Shown here: piece after piece, positions 52,035 to 64,000 of the stretch
How positions within the stretch are numbered: the stretch's first letter is position 1
How the letters are laid out: each line of letters opens with the position of its first letter
DNA from: the human T2T-CHM13v2.0 reference genome, Homo sapiens
DNA length: 64,000 nucleotides
Assembly: GCF_009914755.1 (NCBI RefSeq)
Contig: NC_060937.1
Reading direction: 5' to 3' (one strand)
The notes under the pieces: generated by a model
What the model was told of the DNA's origin: nothing
What the model saw: only the letters and a program-made list of their open reading frames with translations
Databases searched by the model: none
Program-made: the position numbers and the translations under genes

Positions 52035-55000
52035 GCAGTGATCACGCAGGTGTTATAACTCTTGTCTATATCTGCCTTCAGGCGGCATTGTGGCATACTT
52101 CTTCACTGGTCACCCAGATGATGGACTCTTCTCTTGGATCTGCCTATGGGAGCATAGTGACATATCTGCAGTGATGATCACCCGGGTTATGTAACTCTTT
52201 TCTATGCTGTGCCAACGGGGGCATTGTGACTTATCTCTGCACTGATCACCCAGGAGATGTGACTCTTGTCTAAGCTCTGCCTAGAGCGACATTGGTACAT
52301 ATCTCTCCACTGATCGCTGAGGTGATGTAAAACTTGTCTAGGCTTTGCCTACAGTGAGATTTATGACATATCTCTACACTGATCACCCAGGTGATGTAAC
52401 TCTGGTCTAGGCTCTGCTTACAGGGCATATTGTGATATATGTCTGCACTGTTCACCCAGGTGATGTAACTCTTGTCTAGGCTCTGCCTACAGGGGCATTT
52501 TAACATATCACTGTACTGATCACTGAGATGATGTAACTCTTGTATAGGCTTTGACGACAGGGGGCATTGAGACATAACTGTGCACTGATTACCAAGGTGA
52601 TGCAACTCTTGTCTGGGATCTGCTTACAGGGGGCATTGTGATATATCTCTGCCCTGATCACCAAGGTGATGTAACTCTTGTCTAGGCTGTGCCTACAGGG
52701 GCATTGTGACAGAACTCTGCACTGATCACCCAGGTGATGGGACCCTTGTCTCGGCTCTGCCAACAGTGGCGTTGTGAAATATCCCTGCACTGATCACCCA
52801 GGTGATGTAAATATTTTCTAGGATGTGCCTACAGGGTGCTTTGTGACATATCCCTGCAATGATCACCCAGGTGATATACCACTTGTCAAGGCTCTGCCTA
52901 CAGGGACATTGCGATGTATCTCTGCACTGATCACCTAGGTCATGTAACACTTGTCTAGGCTCTGCCTACAGTGGCATTGTGACATATCTCTGCACTGATC
53001 ACCCAGGTGATGTAACTCTTTTCTGGGATCGGCCTACAGTGTGCTTTGTGACATATCCCTGCAATGATCACCCAGGTGATGCACCACTTGTCAAGGCTTT
53101 GCCTACAGGGACATTGCGATGTATCCCTGCACTGAACACCTAGGTCATGTAACTGTTGTCTAGGCTCTGCCTGCAGTAGCATTGTGACATATCTCTGCAC
53201 TGATCATCCATGTGATGTAACTCTTGTCTCGGATCTGCCTAAAGGGACTTTGTGACATAACTCTGCACTGATCATCCAGGTGATGGGGCTTCTGTCAAGG
53301 CTCTGCCTAAGGGGGCATTGTGAAATATTTCTGCACTGATCACCCAGGTGACGGACTCTTGTCTTGGATCTGCCTATGGGGGAACTGGGATATAACACTG
53401 CACTGATCACCCAGGTGATGTAACTGTTGTATAAGCTCTGCCTACAGGGGAATTGTGAGAGATCTCGCCACTGATCACCCAAGTGATGTAACTATTGTCT
53501 AGGCTTTGCCTACAGGGGGCTTTGTGACATACTTTTGCACAGATCACCCAGGTGACTTAACTCATCTAAGTTTGTCTACAGGAGATTTGTGACCTATCTC
53601 TGCACTGATTACTTAGGTGATGTAACACTTTTATAAGCACAGCCTACAGGGAATTTTGAGAAATCTCTGCACTGATCACCTAGTTTCTGTAACTCTTGTC
53701 TACCCTCTGCCCAAAGGGGGCATTGAGAAATATCTCTGCACTGATCACCCAGGTGATTCAACTCTTGTCTAGGATCCGCCTACAGGGGGTATTGTGAAAT
53801 ATCTCTGCACTGATCAACTAGGTGATGTAACTCTTGTGTAGGCTCTGCCTACAGGGGCGTTTTCACATATCCCTGAACTGATGACAAAGGTGATGTAATT
53901 CTTGCCTAGCCTTTGCCTACAGGGGGCATTGTGACATATCACTGCACTGATCACCCAGGTGATGTAACTCTTTTCTAGTCTCTGCCTACAGACGGCGTTG
54001 TGACATCACTCTGCACGGATCACACGGGTTATGTAACTGCTGTCTATGCTCTGCCTACGGGGGCATTGTGACTTATCTCTGCACTGATCACCCAGGAGAT
54101 GTGACTCTTGTCTAAGCTCTGCCTAGAGGGACATTGGGACATATCTCAGCACTGATCGCTGAGGTGATGTAAACTTGTCTAGGCTTTGCCTATGGTGGGA
54201 TTTATGACATATCTGCACTGATCACCCAGGTGATGTAACTCTTGTCTAGGCTCTGCTTAGAGGGGGTATTGTGGGATTTCTCTGCACTGATGCCCAAGGT
54301 GATGTAACTCTTGTCTAGGCTCTGCCTACAGTTAAGATTTAACATATCACTGCACTGATCACCGAGATGATGTAACTCATGTATAGGCTTCGTCGACAGG
54401 GGCCACTGAGACATATCCCTGCACTGATCACCGAGGTGATGCAACTCTTGTCTGGGATCTGCTTAGAGGGGGCATTTTTTCATATCTCTGCCCTGATCAT
54501 CCAGGTGATGTAACTCTTGTCTAGGATCTGCCTACTGGAGACATTGTGACATGTCTCCACAGTGATCACCCATGTGATGTCACTATTGTCATGGATATGG
54601 CTACAGGGGCATTGTGATATGTTACTGCACTGATCACACAGCTGATGTAACACTTGTCTAGGCTCTGCCACAAGGGGGCATTGTGACATAACTCTGCACT
54701 GATCACCCAGGTGATGGTACTCTTGTCTAGGCTCTGCCTACAGGGGCATTGTGATATATCTGTGCAGTGATCACGCAGGTGATGTAACTCTTGTCTATAT
54801 CGGCCTTCTGATGGCATTGTGACATATTTCTGCACTGATCACCCAGGTGATGAACTCTTGTCTTGGATCTGCCTATGGGGGCATAGTGACATATCACTGC
54901 ACTGATCACTCATGTGATGTAACGCTTGTCTGAGCTGCGCCTAAAGGGGAATTGTGACAGATATCTCCCCTGATCACCCAGGTCATATAACAATTTTCTG

Positions 55001-56575
55001 GGATTTTTCTACAGGGGGCTTTGTGACATATCTTTCCACTGATCACCCAGGAGATGTAACTCTTGTCTAGGCTCGGCCTACAGAAGGTTTGTGACATATT
55101 TCTGTACTGATCACCCAGGTGTTATAACTCTTGTCTAGGCTCCACATACAGGGGGTATTGTGACGTACCTCTGCACTGATCACCCAGGTGATGTAACTTT
55201 TATCTAGGTTCTGCCTACAGGGGCGTTTTGACATAGCTCAGCACAGATCACCTAGGTTATGTAACTCTTGTCCTCTCTCTGCCCTCAGGGGGCATTGTGA
55301 AATATCTCTTCACTGATCACCCAGGTGATGGGACTCTTCTCTATACTCTGCCTAGAGGGGGATTTGTGACATATCTCTGCACTGATCACAGAGGTGATGG
55401 AAGTCTTGTCTAGGCTCTGTCTATGGGGCATTTTGTGAAATATCTTCACTGATCACCCAGGTGATGTAAGTGTTGTCTATGCTCTGTCTACAGGGATTTT
55501 TGTGACATATCACTGCAGTGATCACCTAGGTGATGTAAGCCTTGTGTGGGCTTTGCCTACAGAAGGCTTTGTGACATATCTATGCACTGATCTCTGAGGT
55601 CAAGCAACTCTTGTCTAGGCACTGCCTACAGGGGACATTGGTATATATCTCTGCACTGATCACCCAGGTGATGGACTGTTGTCTTAGATCTGCCTACATG
55701 GACATTGTGACACATCTCTGAACTGATCAACCAAGTGATGAAACCCTTGTCTGGGCTCTGCTTACATGAGATTTGTGACACATCTCTGCACTGATCACGC
55801 TGGGGAGGTAACTCTTGTCTACAGTCTGCCTACAGGAGGCTTTATGACTTATACCTGCACTGATAACCTAGGTGATGTAAGACTTGTCTAGACTCTGCCT
55901 ACACGGGAATTCTCACATATCTCTGCACTGATCACCCGGGTGATGTAACTCCTGTCTAGGTTCAGCCTACAGGAGAGTTTTGACATATCTCTGCACTGAT
56001 CACCCAGGTGATGTAACCCTTGTCAAAGCTCTGCCTACAGGGGCATTGTGACAGATCTCTCCACTGCTCACCCAGGTGATGTAACAATTGTCTGGGCTTT
56101 GCCTACAGGGGACTTTGTGATATACATTTCCACTGATCAAACAGGTGATGAAAACCTTGTCAAGGTTGTGCTTGCAGGGGCTTTCTGACATATCTCTGCA
56201 CTGATCACCCAAGGGAGGAAACACTTGTCTACACTCTGCCTACAGGAGGATTTACGACTTATCCCTGCACTGATCAGTAGGTGATGTAACATTTGTCTAG
56301 GCTCTGTCTTCACGGGAATTTTCACATATGTCTACACTGATCACCTAAGTGATGTATCCCTTGTCTAGGTTCAGCCTACTGGGGATTTGTGACATGCCTA
56401 TCCATTGATCACTAAGGTGATGTAAATCATTTCTAGGCTTTTTTACAGGGGACATTGTGATATATCTCTGCACTGATCACCCAAATGTTGCAAATCTTCT
56501 CTAGGCTCTGCAAGGAGGGGCATTGTGACATATTTCTGAACTGATCTTTCAGGAGATGTAACTTTTCTCCAGGCT
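52035..56575 (-). repeat. Beta satellite array
   Basis: 68-bp monomers, reverse orientation. Confidence 0.97.
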
Positions 56576-57243
56576 TTGACTAAACAGCGTCGGAAGGTGT
56601 CAGCCAGAATTTCAAGTTCGGACAAGGGCACAGAGAGGCCAGCGGGCTCCCTTGCACATCAGCCGGGGTGCGCAATGAGCGCAGGTCTATCCAGGAGGCC
56701 GACAAAGAGAGCAAGAGGTCTGCGTTACGCTGCCAGGCACTCCATGGTGGCAGCTGGGAGGCTGCAGGGGCACGGGCGGGCCAGAAACGGTGGCGCGGAG
56801 GCACAGAGGAGGCGCACCGCCATAGGGGTGTCAGGCCTGGACGCTGCGTGAGCCCGGTGTTTCGCGGGACAAGGGTCTCCACCCTGCCAGGGGAGGACGC
56901 ATTTTCTGGAGGTGGGGGGGTGTGGGGAGGTGTTGGTCAGGCGGGGGTGGGGTGGTTGAAAGGCATGAGAGCTCTGCCCGGGCTGCTCCCACGTGCGCAT
57001 TATGCGGTCCACCTGCTGGTACCTGGGCCGGCTCTGGGATCCCCGGGATGCCCAGGAAAGAATGGCAGTTCTCCGCTGTGTGGAGTCTCTCACCGGGCCA
57101 AGACCTGGAAGGCAGGAATCCCAGGCCGGTCAGCCTGGTTGAGGGGGCGGGGGATGACATGCCCCTCCATAGCCAGCCAGGTGTTCCCCGTGAAAGAGAG
57201 GTCACTGCCCTGCCCCAACCCGACCCTGTCCCAACCCCGCGTC

Positions 57244-58680
<1,437 letters not shown>

Positions 58681-59281
58681 CCCTCGGACAGCCCGCACCA
58701 CCACAGAAGGGTCCCAGGGCGTCAAGGCCTGCGGCGGGGGGTGGGGTGGGGGTGAGGGCATGGTGATGGCGGTGGTGGGGCGGGAGTCACAAAGAGGATG
58801 GGGGCGAGGGGGAAGGGGTGGGGGGCGCGTTTCAGGGGCTGGCTCTCCGCACCTCTGCAGGAATCCCGCGGGAACTGGACGCCGCTCTCTGGGCTCCCAT
58901 TCGTCTTCAGCAGGGAGAAACCGGCCTGGGAGGGTGGAGGGGAGTGTGGAACTGAACTTCCGTGGGAGTCTGGAGTGTTCCAGGCCCTCTCTCCGTGAAG
59001 GAGGCAATGTCTGTGTGTGTCGCCATTGCCGGGACAGTCTCACACGCGTAGGCGGGTGGCTCTCGTTCATTTCCATGTAGGAGACCATAGTGAGACCCCA
59101 GAGAGAAGATGCCTCCCAGGCGTGATGGCCTGACAATGGATTCCCGTGTGTGGCAACATCGGGAGACTTCAGTGTGACCGGTGTGGAACCTGGCAAGGAG
59201 AGCAAAGGGACGATGCAGGTCTTCCACCCTTCCATGCATGTTTCCCGGTGACCGCAGAGCTCCGGGAGTAAACAGTCAGCA

Positions 59282-62200
59282 TGACACATCTCTGAACTGA
59301 TCAAAAAAGTGATGTAACACTTGTCTAGGCTCTGCCTACAGGGGCTTTGTGACATATCTCTGCACTGATCACTCAGGTGATGGGACTTTTGTCTAGGCTC
59401 TGCCTATGGGGGCATTGTGACATATCTCTACACTGATCACCCAGGTGATGTAACTCTTTTCTAGGCTCTGCCTACAGAGGTCGTTGTGACATCACTCTGC
59501 ACTGATCACCCGGGTTATGTAACACTTGTCTAGGCTCTGCCTATGGGGGCATTGTGACTTTTCTCTGCACTGATCACCCAGGAGATGTGACTCTTGTCTA
59601 AGCACTGCCTAGAGAGACATTGGGACATGTCTCTGCACTGATCGCTGAGGTGATGTAAAACTTGTCTAGGCTTTGCCTTCGATGAGATTTATGACATATC
59701 TCTGCACTGATCACCCAGGTGATGTCACTCTTGTCTAGGCTCTGCTTACAGGGGTTATTTTGAGATATCTCTGCACTGATCACCCAGGTGATGTAACTCT
59801 TGTCTAGCCTCTGCCTACAGGGGCATTTAAACATATCACTGCACTGATCACCGAGATGATGTAACTCTTGTATAGGTTTCACAGACTGGGGGCATTGAGA
59901 CATATCTCTGCACTGATCACCGAGGTGATGCAATTTTCATCTGGGATCTGCTTACAGGGGGCATTGTGATGTATCTCTGCTCTGATTACCCAGGTGATGT
60001 AACCGTAGTCTAGGCTCTGCCAAAAGGGAGCATTGTGACATAACTCTGCACTGATCACCCAGGTGATGGGACTCTTGTCTAGGCTCTGCCTACAGGGGCA
60101 TTGTGACATATCTCTGCAGTGATCACCCAGGTGATGTAACTCTTCTCTATATCTGCCTACTGGCGGCATTGTGGCATATTTCTGCACTGATCACCCAGGT
60201 GATGGACTCTTGCCTTAGTTCTGCCTATGGGGGCATAGTGACATATCTCTGCACGATCACTCATGTGATGTAATGTTTGTCTAAGCTGCGCCTAAAGGGG
60301 ATTTTGACAGATATCTCCACTGATCACCCAGGTGGTGTAACAATTTTCTGGGATTTGTCTACAGGGGGCTTTCTGACATATCTTTGCACTGATTACCCAG
60401 GAGATGTAACCTTTGTCTAGGCTCGGCCTACAGGGACTTTCTGACATATTTCTGTACTGATCACCCAGGAGATGTAACTCTTGTCTAGGCTCCACCTACA
60501 GGGGGTATTGTGACGTATCTCTGCAGTGATCACCCAGGTGATGTAACATTTGTCTAGGCTCTGCCTACAGGGTCGTTTTGACATAGCTCTTCCCAGATCA
60601 CCTAGGTTATGTAACTCTTCTCCACTCTCTGCCTACAGGGACATTGTGAAATATCTCTGCACTGATCACGCAGGTAATGGGACCCTTCTCTGTACTATGC
60701 ATAGAGGGAGTTTGTGACATATTTCTGCACTGATCACCCAGGTGATGGAAGTCTTGTCTAGGCTCTGTCTATGGGGGCATTGTGTCAAATATCTGCACTG
60801 ATCACCCAGGTGATGTAACTCTTTTCTAGGCTCTGTCTACAGGGATTTTTGTGACATATCACTGCACTGTTCTCCTAGGTGATGTTAGGATTGTATGTGC
60901 TTTGCCTACAGAAGGCTTTGTGACATATCTATGCACTGATGATCCAAGTGATGTAACACTTGTCTAGGATCTGCCTAAAGGGACTTTGTGACATAATTCT
61001 GCACTGATCATCCAGGTGATGGGGCTTTTGTCTAGGCTCTGCCTAATGGGGCAGTGTGACATATTTCTGCACTGATCACCCAGGTGACAGATTCTTGTCT
61101 TGGATCTGCCCATGGGGGCATCGTGACATATCTCTGCACTGATCACCCAGGTGATGTAAATATTGTCTACGCTTTGCCTACAGGGGGCTTTGTGACATAC
61201 CTTTGCACTGATCACCCAGGTGATGTAGCTCATCTAAGTTCTGCTTACAGGAGCTTTGTGGCATATCTCTGCACTGATCACTTAGGGGATGTAACACTTT
61301 TATGAACACTGCCTACAGGGAATTTTGACAAATATTTGCACTGATCACCTAGGTGATGTAACTCTTGTCTACCCTCTGCCCAAAGGGGCATTGTGAAATA
61401 TCTCTGCACTGATCACCCAGGTGATTCAACTCTTGTCCAGGTTCTGCCTACAGGGGGTATTGTGAAATATCTCTGCACTGATCAACTAGGTGATGTAACT
61501 CTTGTCTAGGCTCTGCCTAAAGGGGTTGTTCTCACATATCCCTGAACTGATGACAAAGGTGACGTAACTCTTGCCTAAGCTTTGCCTACAGGGGACATTG
61601 TGACATATCTCTGCACTGATCACCCAGGTGATGCAACTCTTGTCTATGCTCTGCCTACAGGGGGCATTGTGACATATCTCTGCACTGATAACCCAGGTGA
61701 TGCTACTCTTCTCTATGCTCTGCCTACAGGGGGCATTGTGACATATCTCTACACTGATCACCCAGGTGAAGTAACTCTTTTCTAGGCTCTGCCTACAGAG
61801 GGCGTTGTGACATCACTCTGCACGAATCACCCGGGTTATGTAACTCTTGTCTAGGCTCTGCATACGGGGGCATGGTGACTTATCTCTGCACTGATCACCC
61901 AGGAGATGTGACTCTTATCTAAGCTCTGCCTAGAGTGATATTGGGACATAAAGGTGCACTGATCGCTGAGGTGATGCAAAACTTGTCTAGCCTTTGCCTA
62001 CAGTGGGATTTATGACATATCTCTGCACTGATCACCTAGGTGATGTAACTCTTGTCTAGGCTCTGCCTATAGGGGGCTTGTGTCATATGTCTACATTGAT
62101 CTCCCAGGAGATATAACACTTTTCTAGGATCTGCCTACAGGGTGCTTTGTGAAATATCCCTGCAATGGTCATCCAGGTGATATACCACTTGTCAAGGCTC

Positions 62201-64000
62201 AGCCTACAGGGGCATTGTGATGTATCTCTGCACTGATCACCTAGGTCATGTAACTCTTGTCTAGGCTCTGCCTACAGTGGCATTGTGACATACCTCTACA
62301 CTGATCACCCAGGTGATGTAACTCTTTTCTAGGATCTGCCTACAGGGTGCTTTGTGACATATCCCTGGAATGAACACCCAGGTGATGTAATACTTGTCAA
62401 GGCTCTGCCTACAGGGACATTGCGATGTATCTCTGCAATGATCACCTAGGTCATGCAACTCTGGTCTATGCTCTGCCTACAGTGGCATTGTGACTTATTT
62501 CTGCACTGATCATCGAAGTGACGTAACACTTGTCTAGGATCTGCCTAAAGGGACTTTGTGACATAACTCTGCAGTGATCATCCAGGTGATGAAGCTTTTG
62601 TCTAGGCTCTGCCTAAGGGTGCATTGTGACATATTTCTGCACTGATCACCCAGGTGACGGACTCTTGTCTTGGATCTGCCTATGGGGGCACTGTAACATA
62701 TCTCTGCACTGATCAACCAGGTGATGTAACTCTTGTCTAGGCTCTGCCTACAGGGGCATTTTAACATATCACTGCACTGATCACCGAGATGATGTAACTC
62801 TTGTATAGGCTTCGCCGACAGTGCGCATTGAGACATATCTCTGCACTGATCACCGAGGTGATGCAACTCTTCTCAGGGATCTGCTTACAGGGGGTATTGT
62901 GAAATATCTCTGCCCTGATCACCCAGGTGATGTTACTCTTGTCTATGTTCTGCTTGCTGGAGACATTGTGACATATATCTGCACTGATCACCCAGATGAT
63001 GACACTTTTGTCAAAGATATGGCTACAGGCACATTGTGACATGTCACTGCACTGATCACACAGCTGATGTAACCCTTGTCTAGGCTCTAGCTACAGGGGG
63101 CTTCTGACACATCTCTGCACTGATCACCCAGGTGATGTAACCCTTGTCTAGCCTCTGCCAAAAGGGGACATTGTGACATAACTCTGCACTGATCACCTTG
63201 GTGATGGGACTCTTGTCTAGGCTCTGCCTACAGGGGCATTGTGACATATCTCTGCAGTGATCACGCAGGTGATGTAACTCTTTTCTATATCTGCCTACTG
63301 GTGGCATTGTGGCATATTTCTGCACTGATCACCCAGGTGATGGACTCTTGTCTTGGATCTGCCTATGGGGGCATAGTGACATATCTCTGCACTGATCACT
63401 CATGTGATGTAACACTTGTCTAAGCTGCGCCTAAATGGGAATTGTGACAGATATCTCCACTGATCACCCAGGTGATTTAACAATTTTCTGGGATTTGTCT
63501 ACAGGGGGCTTTGTGACATATATTTGCACTGATGACCCAGGAGATGTAACTCTTGTCTAGGCTCGGCCTACAGGGTCTTTGTGACATATTTCTGCACTGA
63601 TCACCCAGGAGATGTAACCGTTGTTTAGGCTCAGCCTACAGGGGCTTTGTGATATATTTCTGTACTGATCACCCAGGTGAAGTAACTCTTCTCTAGGCTC
63701 CACCTACAGGGGGTATTTTGACGTATCTCTGCACTGATCACCCAGGTGATGTAACATTTATCTAGGCTCTTCCTACAGGGGCGTTTTGACGTAGCTCTGC
63801 ACAGATCACCAGGGTTATGTAACTCTTCTTCCCTCTCTGCCTACAAGGGGCATTGTGAAATATATCTGCACTGATCACCCAGGTGATGGGTCTCTTCTCT
63901 ATACTCTGCCTAGAGGGGTATTTGTGACATATCTCTGCACTGATCACCCAGGTGATGGAATTCTTGTCTAGGTTCAGCCTACTGGGGATTTCTGACATAC
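59282..64000 (-). repeat. Beta satellite array
   Basis: 68-bp monomers, reverse orientation, to the window end. Confidence 0.97.

Overview
Hominid (most likely human) heterochromatin, not prokaryotic DNA. About two thirds of the window is 68-bp beta satellite (Sau3A/BSR; consensus ~GATCAGTGCAGAGATATGTCACAATGCCCCCTGTAGGCAGAGCCTAGACAAGAGTTACATCACCTGGGT). It is interrupted by nine GC-rich D4Z4-derived (LSau/DUX4-like) inserts: six near-complete units, one 5' half, one 3' fragment and one rearranged divergent fusion. The units carry TATAA rather than the TACAA box of 4q35/10q26 D4Z4, and they lack the 4qA ATTAAA poly(A) signal. This fits dispersed DUX4L/beta-satellite composite arrays (acrocentric short arms, Yq or other pericentromeres); the chromosome cannot be fixed from sequence alone. 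No copy encodes full-length DUX4. Two copies keep ATG-started ORFs through both homeoboxes (58510->57617, 297 aa, both WFQN helices intact; 18390->17272, 372 aa, HD2 damaged). Three keep an open C-terminal activation-domain frame, one of them fused to a beta-satellite ATG. Array orientation is + (1-9453), - (9451-23913), + (23918-27390), - (27388-64000). Most short ORFs in the track are translation artefacts of the satellite. Comparisons with canonical DUX4/D4Z4/pLAM rely on recalled reference sequence and were not run as alignments.
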